Below, in pieces: positions 8,909 through 19,459 of a stretch of 64,000 nucleotides of DNA; within the stretch, counting starts at the first letter, position 1, and each line of letters starts with the position of its first letter. The notes under the pieces were generated by a model. That model made no database searches. It was given only the letters and a program-made list of their open reading frames with translations, and was not told the DNA's origin. Position numbers and translations under genes: made by a program. The DNA comes from Candidatus Wirthbacteria bacterium. Lineage in GTDB: Bacteria; Patescibacteriota; CG2-30-54-11. Location: assembly GCA_903889905.1 (NCBI GenBank), contig CAISZI010000058.1:6160-70159 (forward strand), written 5' to 3'.

Positions 8909-10145
8909 CTTTCCCCCTCATCACAAAAAACTTGTCCCCCGCCCTCACCTGAGCATCCACCTTGAACGTGACTTTACTCCCTTGTTTCGCCACTTCCAGG
9001 ACAGTTTGTTCATCTTTCATCTCCTTCAACACTCCCCGCACCAGTCCCGTCGTTTTGCCCGTAATCAGAAATTCCTCGCCGGTCTTGATCTCCGTCTTGG
9101 CCAACACTTCCACATACGCCACATGCGCGCGGGGGTAGTAATTGAGCACATTGCCAATCAGCACCTTGGTTTTGGTTGCCTGGCTGTCATCGAAGCGTGC
9201 CCACTCGTCCCATTTTCGGCCCAGGTAAAAACCCTGCGAAAAGCTGCGGTTAAACACGGTTTTGAGCCGTTTATTCCAGTCATCGACTTTGTCGGCGGTA
9301 AATTTACCATTTTGAGCTGCGCTGATTGCTTCGCGGTAGCACCGGATCACCGTGTCCACATATTCTGGCGGCCGGCCGCGACCTTCGATTTTGAGCGAGG
9401 CGATGCCGGCTGCCACTAGCTGTGGAATCAGTCCAATTGTGCACAAATCCGCGGGACTCATGACATAATTCCCGTCGACAACCAGTTCTCGGTTGGTTTC
9501 CAAATCCGTTACCTTGTACGGACGCCGACATATCTGCGTACAACGACCACGATTAGCCGAACTATTGTATTCAAACAAGCTCATGTCACACCGGCCGCTC
9601 ACCGCCACGCAAAGTGCGCCATGGGCAAAAACTTCCACCCTTACCAATTCCCCACTTGGTCCCACGATATTGTCCAAACGCACCCGATCGATGATTTCCC
9701 TGATCTGTTCAAGTGTCAGTTCACGCGCCAGCACCACACAGTCGGCAAATTGCGCATAAAATTTCAAACTTTCAAAATTCGAAATCGACAGCTGCGTCGA
9801 GATATGCACTTCCACGCCAATGCTGCGTGCATACAAGATCGCCGCCATGTCCGACGCTATGATCGCGTCCGCCGCGCTCGCTTTGACCAGGTCGATAATC
9901 TCTTGCATTTGCGCCAGTTCCTGGTTGTAGATGATCGTGTTGACGGTGACGTATACGCGCAGCTTGTGCTCATGGATAAGCGCGACCACTTCCTGGAGTT
10001 CTTCCTTTTGGAAATTGACCGCTGCCGTGGCCCGCATGTTGAAGTTGGCAATACCCAGATAGACCGCATCTGCACCCGCCGCGATCGCTGCCCGCAAGGC
10101 TTCCCACGACCCGGCTGGAGATAACAATTCAATTTGACGCATCAC
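8895..10145 (-). CDS. Peptidase U32 family (TrhP/RlhA-like RNA hydroxylation protein)
   Basis: ELLSPAG, GADAVYLG, VHISTQ, VLARE, HGALCVAVSGRC, NRGRCTQICR, SLKIEGR. Confidence 0.9.
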   Translation of the reverse strand: MMRQIELLSPAGSWEALRAAIAAGADAVYLGIANFNMRATAAVNFQKEELQEVVALIHEHKLRVYVTVNTIIYNQELAQMQEIIDLVKASAADAIIASDMAAILYARSIGVEVHISTQLSISNFESLKFYAQFADCVVLARELTLEQIREIIDRVRLDNIVGPSGELVRVEVFAHGALCVAVSGRCDMSLFEYNSSANRGRCTQICRRPYKVTDLETNRELVVDGNYVMSPADLCTIGLIPQLVAAGIASLKIEGRGRPPEYVDTVIRCYREAISAAQNGKFTADKVDDWNKRLKTVFNRSFSQGFYLGRKWDEWARFDDSQATKTKVLIGNVLNYYPRAHVAYVEVLAKTEIKTGEEFLITGKTTGLVRGVLKEMKDEQTVLEVAKQGSKVTFKVDAQVRAGDKFFVMRGKDNPS

Positions 10146-10285
10146 ATTTCCCTCAGAACTTGTTTGAGCCTGATCACTGTACCAAAAACCCTCGCGTTTG
10201 TCCTGGTTTGAGAACGCTCAAACCCCTTCCGTTAGCTGTTCATATTTAGTACACTCAGCTGGAGCGTTTTCCAAAAATTAAACAC

Positions 10286-13200
10286 TTGAGGCCATCTATG
10301 CCCCAGTTTGCTGTCAAACTTCCCTCGCGCGTCCGCATCCACAAAGGGAAACTGCTTGCCCGTGTGCTCAAACTGCTGGGAATAAGCTTGGTCATAATGT
10401 TAATGGGTGGCATGAGTGTGGCGAATGTGGGATATGCCACAATTATTGCTAATTGCGATACGAACTATCAGCATGTTACAGGCAAAGTGGTCGATGCTAG
10501 CGGCGCCCTACTCAAAGGTTACATTCTTCAAATCTCCGACCTTGACGCGAGCAAATTTATGATGGAATTCACCTCCGAAAGTGATGGTTCATTGACACCT
10601 GTTCCTTCACCCAATCAACTGCAAAACCTGCGCTGGACCCATAACTATTCGTTTAAGCTAATTGATTTTAATCACAATCCACATCATTTCAAACTGAAGG
10701 ATTATACCCCTATTAATAACGTTGCTTTTTTTGTTGAAGGTACTGACAGCACCACAGCCAACCCGATTTACATCATTAATCCAAATCTTCAGTCCGGGAT
10801 TTGTGACCCCGTCATTACTTCTGGTAAAGCACCGTCCACTAACCATTCAATTAATCTACAGCTGCTCGATGCTCCTGCCGTGACACCAGAACAACCCGCT
10901 AATCCGGCACCTACTCCCGCTGTCGGTTCAGATGCCGATTGCCCCGCGACGTCCATGCAACTCTCGATCACGGATGCAAACAAAGACCCTAAATACGGCT
11001 ACACCGTCAATATTCAATCAGGTTCCAACTCTGTGCAGCAATTTTCATATGCAGGAAATGGACTGATAACTAATATTCCAATGCCAAAACTAACTGACTT
11101 GCCGGGTTCATCCATCTGGGTAACCGACGACCATGCCAATGTCATTCCAGTTCTCTTCGAAGGTCAAGAGGACAACATACAATCTAATACTTCTATTATT
11201 TTTTATAATCCCAAAAATCCCGATAATCATTCAACCTTTGGTTCAATGGATTTCTGTGAAACTGGGACTTTCTTTGATAAGAGCCAGAAGCAGATCAAGA
11301 TGTCACTGGTTTTACCGACCCTGACGCCCAAAGTAATCATTAACAATAAAGACGACGAAGCAATTCCAGGGACAATCAGAGTCTTCGACGACCCAAACAA
11401 ACTGCCCATTGCAACAGGCAACACCGGGGATGATGCCCAACCTTTGTACATATTCAAAAATGCTCCGCTATATTATGCGGACTTTTGGTCCGAGGGTTCA
11501 AACTATCCTCTTACCCAATCAGCTGATTCAACCAAATTCGACAATGGTTCCTTCGCCAACTGCCTGTCGACTTGCAGGATAACCAAAGACGAACTCACAA
11601 AATTATCAGCTCCAAATCATACGATGAAATTACAACTTGATACGACGGTACCCCTTAGCTTGATTCAGTTGAGTGTCAATGTGAGCAGTAGCGATAAAAA
11701 GTTAGCTAGCACTATAACTGGTCAAGTAATGGTCCTCGCAGGTACACAGCCGGTGGCCAAAGGCACCCTCACACCAGCTACGGAAAATGCACCCACTTCC
11801 ACCAAATTAAACCCATTCAATATCAACACCAATTCATCCAACTCTTACATAGTACAAATAGCGACGTCACCCGATCAAACCAATGGCAACTGCTACCAAA
11901 TCACCAACATCAATATCAAAAATGTCGACCAAAGCCAGGCGGCACCTTTTGTCATCAAAAGCAGCGCCGAGCTCTTTGCCGCCAATAACACGACCATCGG
12001 CATTACCGTCGATCCCAATGTCCGCAAAGCCTGCCTGCCCGTCGACAGCGTCACCATCTTTGCTACACCCGCACCAGGTGGTGCGGGAGGACTTGGTGGC
12101 ACTGGTCCTGGAGGCACGAGCTTTCCTGCGGGAACCACTTCCTGTGATGCTGGCGGTTGCTCTGCCGGCGAAGCCGTCACTGCCTGCGTGATCGTTACCA
12201 ATAATCTCAGCACTCCTGTAATTTTCTGGGTAGACAAATCCTGGGCATCCTGCATGGAAGGCTGCGGCGATTATGGCGGCGGCGGCCCCAGCAAATGCGG
12301 TGGCCTGAGCGCCTGTGGCAATGTCAAAAATACTGGCAAGACACAACTGGTCTGGGACCATAAACTGCAAACTCTGAAAGGCAAGACAAGTGCCCAATTC
12401 GACATCACTGCCTACACCCAGGGCCTCAAATGCGGCTCCGCTGACCCCAATGTCTCGGTCGAGAAAAAGCTGGGCCTGACCTTTTCTAACTGTGGCACCC
12501 CTGGATCCAGTGCCATAGCTGACAACCATACCGAATATAGCCTGGCGTGGGCCTATACGGATTCCGGCAAAAACAATGACTGTACTGTGGCCTGCAACAC
12601 GGCAGAAAAATCCTGTGGAGGGCCTGCTGCTCCTCCTGATGCGTTTGGTATCTCGAGCTGCGTACAACCAGCCGGCAGAGGGGCGCCACGCATCGCGGTG
12701 ATTGGGGATTCTTTATCTTCCGATGGCAGTTGGGCGACAAATACGGATTTACAGTTAGGCCTCAACATTGTTACATTTGCCGAAAAAAGCGCACAAACAC
12801 TTAACGGCTCAACCATTCGCAGCATCATGACTCAACTAACTGACGAAGTATCAAACCAAGAATATGACGATGTGGTCATATTGGGCGGTATTAACGACTT
12901 TACCAGTCTCAACGCCACCTCTCAAAATGTAATCGACAATCTCACTGCAATCTATCGTAAGGCCAGGGAAAAGGACCCAAATATTCGGATTGTTGCACTC
13001 ACCATTCCTCCCTGGAGTTGCGACACCCCTCAGACGGCCAAAAATGTTGAAGAAGTTAATGCCTGGATTAAATCGCTGGTAAGCCCTTTGGTTGATATGG
13101 TTGTTGATACCAATGCCATCATTGCAAATAATTTAGCAACAAATCAATACCCGGACTGTCATCCTACAGCCGCCGGCTACAAGGCCATGGCCAATGAAGT

Positions 13201-16200
13201 GATGGCCAAAGCATTCCAGGGCGAAATGGGTCAAAGTGGTGGCAGAGTCTGCGCACCTGCCAATTCCACCGTACCAGGGACTATGAACAATACAGTTTGT
13301 TTCTACGCGGCCAAAGCCAACATTGGCGGACAAGGCATTGCTAGCAAGCTTGTTTTGTTTGGCGATTCGATTACCGCTGATCATCAAAATAATGAAACCT
13401 GGCCAACCCCGCTAATCGCCGCTGCCAAGTTGACTGGTGGTGCTTCGGCGATCACAAACCTTGCCGTAGGTGGATCTGGGACCAGTACCGAAACTGTAGC
13501 CAAAGGTCCAAAACCGAATGATAACTGCGACACCGCTATCCCAGGCATGATCCAACAATTCACTGACTATGCCAAAACCACCAACACCGACACTGACGCA
13601 GTTTTCTTTGGTGGTATCAATACCATCAACAATATCAACTGTTACGGTGCTTCCAATATTACTGAGGCAATTGCCAGAGCTGAGTCTGACCTGACGAAAT
13701 TATATCAGTCTGCTAAAGCGAAAAAATTGCGTGTGATCGCAGTTTCTGTATTGCCTTGTAATGGCTGCAATTATCCTGCTGCTATTCCGGTTCTCAACGA
13801 ATGGATTGCCAGGCAGGCTTTAACCACTCCGCCGCTGGTGGACGTCTATGTAAATGCCTACACCTATTTGCTCGGGCATCCTGAATATTTTGACATTGAT
13901 GGCCTTCACCCCAATGTCAAAGGTGCCTTTGTTATCGCCAAGTTAATGCAAATCGCGTTACAGTCAAACGCACCGGAAATCATGAAAGGTGGATCTATCT
14001 GTTATCAAAGCGACACCACTGCGGCTGCAGCTGGAAGTTCAGCCTCATCTGGCGGCAGTAGCCACGGAGCGGCAAACATCTCTGGCAAAATAACTGGACT
14101 CACCAAGGCACAAATTGACAATATCTCAGCGTCCGCTGCCGGACTTCCAGTTAGCCCCGATGGCTATGGTGTGCAACTTTTCCCCTCCCATCAAATCGCC
14201 TTCAATGCCTGGCACCTCCCAACCAGTACGATCCTGACCGTCGCCAGTCAGCCGCCCGCCTCCAACTGGGCTACCATCGGGCAACTTCCACCCACCACCA
14301 GCATCACCAAAAAAGTAATGGTCATTGCCTACAACCCGATGCTAGCCTCCAAACAAACGCTCAGCAGCTACTTCCAGACGTCGTCAACAGCCATGACACA
14401 GGAATTTACCAGCTGGTTGCGTCAAGTCACCGACCAATCCGTCAAATATCTCGTCAGCGGCGCCGTAGTTGACAGCAGTGCTTTCCCACCCACGGCAGCG
14501 GGTACCGGCTACACTTCCACCACCTACAGTGCCTGCCTCGCCGATATCACTGCCTGTTCCAACAACCGGGACAAAACCAGCAGCTTCGATCAGTGTGTAC
14601 AAACAGCCAACCATTGCCAGGCGGCAACCACAGCCAATGTCGACTTTGCCAAAATCGCTGCGGACAACCAGGTCTGCGCCGCCATTGCCGCTACCGATGT
14701 GGCTACCCATGTCGATGACATCTGGATTTTTGGTGGACCGAATTTTGGCTTCACCGATGCCAGCCATGCCCCTGCCATTACCTGCAATGGCAAAACTATC
14801 CCCATCCTCACATTCAACTACCAGGATGGCGTCGCCGGTATGATTTACAATTACGGGCAACGCGCGACCGCAACGCTCAACCAGGTATTTGGTACGCCAC
14901 CGTCCAATGCGACCTCTGCCTGGGCTCAGTTCACCCAAACCTCCTCTGCCGCCAAAGGCTGCGGCAGCATGATAACACCACCAAACACCTTGACCGCCAA
15001 TGATAATGCCAACGCCACCTTGGTTGATAGTTATTGTGAATCCTTTAATGACTACCCAACCGTTAATCCCGCTGCCACTGACAAAATTAACTGCACGGCC
15101 TGGAATTGCACGAATTACGCTTCACAGAGTGGTGGCGGATTTTACAGTTACTGGTTCAAACACCTTCCCCACGCCACTGGACAAAACAACAGCACGTCCA
15201 ACAACTGGTGGCAATACATCACGGATCCGTCGACCTATGCACCAGCCGCTGCCTATTTGCCTTACCCGCATGTTCTGCTTTCCAATTTCTCGGCCGCGAC
15301 GCCCGCTTTGCCTTCGAGTTTGCTCAATTCGCTGATCCAACCGGCGTTTGCCAGCAGTGCTCAGGTCAACGGCGGATACGATTCTTCCTGGGGCATCTCG
15401 ACGGATGGCGGGATTTTTCTCCAGCCCACCAATACCCAAAGCATCGTGCTTGATATCCAGCAAAAGAAATCCCCCCTGGTCGGCATGGACTTTGATTATC
15501 GCTATTTGACCGCCGCCAAAACGGGTTCGCCGATCGATTTCCAGGTCCTGCTCATTGCCAATCATCAAAGCTATCTCCTCTATACCCCCAATACCAATCC
15601 CGTCACAGATGGCACCCCCTGGACCAGTGCGCTCACTACAACCGGGACAACTGCTGCCAACTTTGGCAACGATGGCCACCTCGACCTCTCCCGCTTTGAG
15701 GGACAGGACATCACCATCCGTTTTGCCGCCAAATTCCCTGCTGGAACTTATGCCTCCAACACCGGCGCCCAGTCTGACGCCCTCTTTCTCCGTCATATTG
15801 TGCTGCATTCGAGCAACACCAATACCGGCATTGGCTACCGCTACCCATCCGGTGCAGGCGGGACCAGCGTCATCAGCCTCTGGGACACCGATTTCGTCAG
15901 TACTTATCTCAGTGACGATCCAACCAAAACCGACAATAGCGCCAAGTCGACTGCGTTGGTTCCCATGAGTCCTTACAATGGCAAACAAGATCCCGCCAAT
16001 CCCGCCGCCGGCGTTCATCACGGTCAAGCCAGCTTTTACCGCTCGCTGTATGTTGGCGATTTTACGCGCTCCAGCGTCTGGGCGTTAACACCAGACACAC
16101 CCTCATCCCCAACTTATGTAGACTTTGATTATACCCAAAATGGCGGGTCTAACCTCGACAGCATCTCATTCCTGGCTGGTAATGGAACAACGACCAGTAC

Positions 16201-16558
16201 GTCCGTCAAAGTGCTGGCTCTCATTGCCGATCCATTTGGGCAGATTGACGCACAAAACCCCATGGTACTATGGTCTCAGGCCAACATTGATGCCTGGGAA
16301 AGCAATGAAATTGACCTGACACCCCTCAAAGGCAAAAAATTCATCCTCCGCCTGCAAGCCGAAAGCCAGGCCACTTCGCCCGCTCCTGCCTACTTTGCCA
16401 ATGTGTTAATTGAGCATGACAACAACACAGCCATTGTCGCGTCTGCCCTCCCGGCCGTCAGCGTCTTCGTTTTTGTGCTACCGGCCATCCTGGGCACGCT
16501 CTGCATTGGCACTGGTGTCGCTATCCTCACCGTCCGCAAAAAGAAAAAAATCGTCTAA
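10286..16558 (+). CDS. Giant (2090 aa) secreted surface protein with two SGNH/GDSL hydrolase domains and a C-terminal TM anchor
   Basis: N-terminal hydrophobic signal; GDSLS..GGIND..DCHP and GDSIT..GGIN..DGLHP; C-terminal hydrophobic helix followed by RKKKK. Confidence 0.85.
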   Translation: MRPSMPQFAVKLPSRVRIHKGKLLARVLKLLGISLVIMLMGGMSVANVGYATIIANCDTNYQHVTGKVVDASGALLKGYILQISDLDASKFMMEFTSESDGSLTPVPSPNQLQNLRWTHNYSFKLIDFNHNPHHFKLKDYTPINNVAFFVEGTDSTTANPIYIINPNLQSGICDPVITSGKAPSTNHSINLQLLDAPAVTPEQPANPAPTPAVGSDADCPATSMQLSITDANKDPKYGYTVNIQSGSNSVQQFSYAGNGLITNIPMPKLTDLPGSSIWVTDDHANVIPVLFEGQEDNIQSNTSIIFYNPKNPDNHSTFGSMDFCETGTFFDKSQKQIKMSLVLPTLTPKVIINNKDDEAIPGTIRVFDDPNKLPIATGNTGDDAQPLYIFKNAPLYYADFWSEGSNYPLTQSADSTKFDNGSFANCLSTCRITKDELTKLSAPNHTMKLQLDTTVPLSLIQLSVNVSSSDKKLASTITGQVMVLAGTQPVAKGTLTPATENAPTSTKLNPFNINTNSSNSYIVQIATSPDQTNGNCYQITNINIKNVDQSQAAPFVIKSSAELFAANNTTIGITVDPNVRKACLPVDSVTIFATPAPGGAGGLGGTGPGGTSFPAGTTSCDAGGCSAGEAVTACVIVTNNLSTPVIFWVDKSWASCMEGCGDYGGGGPSKCGGLSACGNVKNTGKTQLVWDHKLQTLKGKTSAQFDITAYTQGLKCGSADPNVSVEKKLGLTFSNCGTPGSSAIADNHTEYSLAWAYTDSGKNNDCTVACNTAEKSCGGPAAPPDAFGISSCVQPAGRGAPRIAVIGDSLSSDGSWATNTDLQLGLNIVTFAEKSAQTLNGSTIRSIMTQLTDEVSNQEYDDVVILGGINDFTSLNATSQNVIDNLTAIYRKAREKDPNIRIVALTIPPWSCDTPQTAKNVEEVNAWIKSLVSPLVDMVVDTNAIIANNLATNQYPDCHPTAAGYKAMANEVMAKAFQGEMGQSGGRVCAPANSTVPGTMNNTVCFYAAKANIGGQGIASKLVLFGDSITADHQNNETWPTPLIAAAKLTGGASAITNLAVGGSGTSTETVAKGPKPNDNCDTAIPGMIQQFTDYAKTTNTDTDAVFFGGINTINNINCYGASNITEAIARAESDLTKLYQSAKAKKLRVIAVSVLPCNGCNYPAAIPVLNEWIARQALTTPPLVDVYVNAYTYLLGHPEYFDIDGLHPNVKGAFVIAKLMQIALQSNAPEIMKGGSICYQSDTTAAAAGSSASSGGSSHGAANISGKITGLTKAQIDNISASAAGLPVSPDGYGVQLFPSHQIAFNAWHLPTSTILTVASQPPASNWATIGQLPPTTSITKKVMVIAYNPMLASKQTLSSYFQTSSTAMTQEFTSWLRQVTDQSVKYLVSGAVVDSSAFPPTAAGTGYTSTTYSACLADITACSNNRDKTSSFDQCVQTANHCQAATTANVDFAKIAADNQVCAAIAATDVATHVDDIWIFGGPNFGFTDASHAPAITCNGKTIPILTFNYQDGVAGMIYNYGQRATATLNQVFGTPPSNATSAWAQFTQTSSAAKGCGSMITPPNTLTANDNANATLVDSYCESFNDYPTVNPAATDKINCTAWNCTNYASQSGGGFYSYWFKHLPHATGQNNSTSNNWWQYITDPSTYAPAAAYLPYPHVLLSNFSAATPALPSSLLNSLIQPAFASSAQVNGGYDSSWGISTDGGIFLQPTNTQSIVLDIQQKKSPLVGMDFDYRYLTAAKTGSPIDFQVLLIANHQSYLLYTPNTNPVTDGTPWTSALTTTGTTAANFGNDGHLDLSRFEGQDITIRFAAKFPAGTYASNTGAQSDALFLRHIVLHSSNTNTGIGYRYPSGAGGTSVISLWDTDFVSTYLSDDPTKTDNSAKSTALVPMSPYNGKQDPANPAAGVHHGQASFYRSLYVGDFTRSSVWALTPDTPSSPTYVDFDYTQNGGSNLDSISFLAGNGTTTSTSVKVLALIADPFGQIDAQNPMVLWSQANIDAWESNEIDLTPLKGKKFILRLQAESQATSPAPAYFANVLIEHDNNTAIVASALPAVSVFVFVLPAILGTLCIGTGVAILTVRKKKKIV

Positions 16559-16565
16559 TCATTGA

Positions 16566-17936
16566 GTGCCCCAATCAGCCTCTTCACAAAGTGAAATCTT
16601 GACCAATACAGTCCTTAATTGGCTGCGTCGACATCGCCAGGACATTGTGCTCCAATCTGAAACCATTCCCTTTGCCGCCTCGCGCGAATGGGAATTTTCA
16701 CCGGATGGCGCTGTTTTGCGGCACAAAACAGGCCGTTTTTTCAGTATTTGCGGAGTCACGTTTACGTCAACGCCGACAGAACACAAGGCAATGGAACTGA
16801 CGCTGATCGATCAGCAGGAAATCGGAATTCTCGGATTCATCGTCGCCAAAAGTGGCGGCCAGCTCGCCTTTTTATGCCAGGCAAAGGCGGAACCAGGCAA
16901 TATCGAACTTGTCCAACTGGCCCCGACATTGCAGGCGACGGCCAGTAACTATCAGCAAATCCATGGCGGTCTGGCGCAGCCATTTCTTGACCTTTTCCTT
17001 CATCCGTCCACACCTGTTTTGCATGACAGTCACCAAACCGAGCAAGGCTGGCGTTTTTGGCACAAAGCCAATCGCAACATGGTGGTCTCAATGCAGACCC
17101 GCATTGAGCCGTCTGACCATTACCAATGGATTGAACTTGATGACATACTCAAGTTACTGCAGCATGATTATGTCATCAACAGTGACGCCCGCTCTGTGCT
17201 GGTTTGTTTATTGCTTTGCGATGGCTTGGAATACCTGCCAGCGCGTCCCAACAGTCCCGTACTGGAAGCGCTCCTGGCTTCGCTGGCCACCACAACAGCA
17301 ACGGAGCTGCAATGGAGTGCATGGTTAAACCACTTTGTTACCCACAACCCATTTTTCGTCAAAACCACGCGACTTTGTGACCTGAAATCGTGGGCACTGC
17401 TGCCGGAGTCAATCCGCTGCCTGACGGCAAGTCGCCATACCATTCGACAAATCTCGGTCACGGCAAATTGCCGTGAGGTGGAACACTGGGATCAACCGAT
17501 TATTGCGTCGCCACAACCCCAGGAAATCCTATTGATCGGACAATTGTTCGATCATGTTATTCATTTTTTGGTCAAACTGGAGCAGGCGCCGGGATTGCTT
17601 AAACCGGCCGGCCTCCAAGCCACTCTGATCCTCCAGGGGGACAGCTCCGATCCATTCGATGTTATCTTGCGATCGTTTGTTGCTGACCATGCCGGTGAGG
17701 CGTTGCGCAGGGTCTCCGTGCACAATTCCGAAGAAGGCGGCCGCTTTGATCACGATGCCAACACCCATTCCCTGTACCTTTTTGATGAAAACTGTCTCAA
17801 CCTCGACTTGCCTGAGCATTTTCGCTGGTTAACGCTGGCCGACCTCAAACACTTTTTGCACCTTGAAAACATTCTGACCAATGAATTACGCAGTGTCTTG
17901 TCCCTGGTTTTTTTTAGTATCTTTAGTCCTGCATAA
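16566..17936 (+). CDS. NDP-hexose 2,3-dehydratase (EvaA/TylX3 family)
   Basis: HKTGRFFSI, QQEIGILG, QAKAEPGN, QLAPTLQATASNY, EQGWRFWHKANRN, WDQPII, SEEGGRF, NELRS. Confidence 0.9.
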   Translation: MPQSASSQSEILTNTVLNWLRRHRQDIVLQSETIPFAASREWEFSPDGAVLRHKTGRFFSICGVTFTSTPTEHKAMELTLIDQQEIGILGFIVAKSGGQLAFLCQAKAEPGNIELVQLAPTLQATASNYQQIHGGLAQPFLDLFLHPSTPVLHDSHQTEQGWRFWHKANRNMVVSMQTRIEPSDHYQWIELDDILKLLQHDYVINSDARSVLVCLLLCDGLEYLPARPNSPVLEALLASLATTTATELQWSAWLNHFVTHNPFFVKTTRLCDLKSWALLPESIRCLTASRHTIRQISVTANCREVEHWDQPIIASPQPQEILLIGQLFDHVIHFLVKLEQAPGLLKPAGLQATLILQGDSSDPFDVILRSFVADHAGEALRRVSVHNSEEGGRFDHDANTHSLYLFDENCLNLDLPEHFRWLTLADLKHFLHLENILTNELRSVLSLVFFSIFSPA

Positions 17937-17973
17937 GTCCCAGCTTGGATCTATTCATTACCCACTACCTGTC

Positions 17974-18984
17974 ATGCCAGTCACTGCTTCAATCCTGATT
18001 CCAACGTTCAACCACGGCCCCACGCTGCGGTTTGCCTTGCAAAGTATCCTGGCGCAGACGGTACAGGATTTTGAAATTTTCGTGGTTGGTGATGGCGTGC
18101 CCGACGAACTCAAACCAGAAGTTCAGCGCCTTTGCCAAACAGACCCGCGCATTCAATTCTGTGACTACCCCAAAAGTTCGCACCGCGGCGAAATCTACCG
18201 CGACCAGATCATCCGTGAGCGTGCCTCCGGCACTCAAATTTTTTACCTTTCCGATGATGATCTCTGGCTCCCCCATCACCTGGAAGTCCTTGGCAAGGCG
18301 CTTTTGAACCATGATTTTGTCCATAGTTTGCACGTCAATGTGTTTCCAGGCGACTACCTCTCGACGCAAGTGACGGATCTCGCACTGCCTTCGCATCGAA
18401 CATGGCTGCTGAACAAACCGGATTTTGGTTTCGACACGACATTTGGGGCTCATACACGTTCATTTTACCTCGCGCTGGCCCATGGCTGGCGCCCGACGCC
18501 CGCAGGAGTCAACACCGACGTCTACATGTGGCGTCAATTTGTTGCAGCCCCCCGCTGCCGTCTTACCAGTATCCAAAAGCCGACCGGGTTTCACTTTGCC
18601 AGTCCCCTGCGCACAAACTGGACTCTCCAGCAACGCGTTGACGAACTGGCGCGCTGGAACCAAATGTTGGCAAGTCCGACCACTGTCAGCAACCTGATCG
18701 ACAGCATTTTCAACCAAACCATCACCGCCGCCGCCAAAGTTCAGGTGGACAACCAAAAAGAAATAAGCCAGTTAACATCACAATTGCAAAACACTTCAAC
18801 CGCTGCAACCCTGTTACAAACAGAACTAACTGCGATTCAACATGGCTTGCAACTAACCAAGCAGTCCCTGTCCCAGCTCCAAAACGAATCCCAATCGCTG
18901 CGCCAGCGTCTGGCAGCGATTGAATCTTCCCTCACCTGGCGACTCGGCTCCCGCCTCGCCCGCCTCTTCAAACCCTTCCACTGA
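17974..18984 (+). CDS. GT2 glycosyltransferase with C-terminal coiled coil
   Basis: SILIPTFN, SILAQTVQDFEIFVVGDG, YLSDDDLW; coiled coil ending IESSLTWRL. Confidence 0.88.
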   Translation: MPVTASILIPTFNHGPTLRFALQSILAQTVQDFEIFVVGDGVPDELKPEVQRLCQTDPRIQFCDYPKSSHRGEIYRDQIIRERASGTQIFYLSDDDLWLPHHLEVLGKALLNHDFVHSLHVNVFPGDYLSTQVTDLALPSHRTWLLNKPDFGFDTTFGAHTRSFYLALAHGWRPTPAGVNTDVYMWRQFVAAPRCRLTSIQKPTGFHFASPLRTNWTLQQRVDELARWNQMLASPTTVSNLIDSIFNQTITAAAKVQVDNQKEISQLTSQLQNTSTAATLLQTELTAIQHGLQLTKQSLSQLQNESQSLRQRLAAIESSLTWRLGSRLARLFKPFH

Positions 18985-19058
18985 TTCTCCCCTCCGCTTA
19001 GGTTTTTCTATCCCAACGACTTGAAAAACCCATCCCCTCCCCCTATCCGAATAAAAAA

Positions 19059-19140
19059 GTACCATTTCCGCAGAGCCGTCTCAAGGAAATGGTACACAAA
19101 TTTGTTCTTTTGCCTACTTTTCTTACTCAAAGAAAAGTAG
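19059..19140. repeat. Two intergenic palindromes
   Basis: GTACCATTTCC/GGAAATGGTAC (19059-19095) and CTACTTTTCTT/AAGAAAAGTAG (19114-19140). Confidence 0.6.
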
Positions 19141-19147
19141 AATTCTT

Positions 19148-19166
19148 TGGTGAGTCGGGTGGGATT
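19148..19166 (-). repeat. 19-bp direct copy of the tRNA-Lys 3' end including CCA (att-like)
   Basis: TGGTGAGTCGGGTGGGATT is identical to 19286-19304. Confidence 0.85.
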
Positions 19167-19285
19167 TCCCCCTTCGCCTAGAGGCTTCGGAGGACCTTGC
19201 TTCTCATCCCACCCTCGATACAGTTCTTTGTGGCGTAGCCAACCGTAGCTTGCCTGCTGGCAAGCAGGCTTCCCGAAGCGAAGGT

Positions 19286-19361
19286 TGGTGAGTCGGGTGG
19301 GATTCGAACCCACGACCAATACCTTAAAAGGGTACTGCTCTACCAGCTGAGCTACCGACCC
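19286..19361 (-). tRNA. tRNA-Lys (UUU)
   Basis: GGGTCGGTAGCTCAGCTGGTAGAGCAGTACCCTTTTAAGGTATTGGTCGTGGGTTCGAATCCCACCCGACTCACCA; cloverleaf, encoded CCA. Confidence 0.95.
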
Positions 19362-19414
19362 ATGAACGCTTCCTAGCGGGAGTGGCTGTCGTAGCTACAT
19401 CCCGTCTTGCGGGG

Positions 19415-19428
19415 TGAGCTACCGACCC
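19415..19428 (-). repeat. 14-bp direct copy of the tRNA-Lys 5' end
   Basis: TGAGCTACCGACCC is identical to 19348-19361. Confidence 0.75.
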
Positions 19429-19459
19429 CCAAAGGGTCACAACGATGAAACATGTTAGC

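Noticed and set aside
19008-19319. 103-aa ORF with repeated NPTRLT
   Set aside because: Translation of the tRNA 3' end, its duplicate and palindromes.
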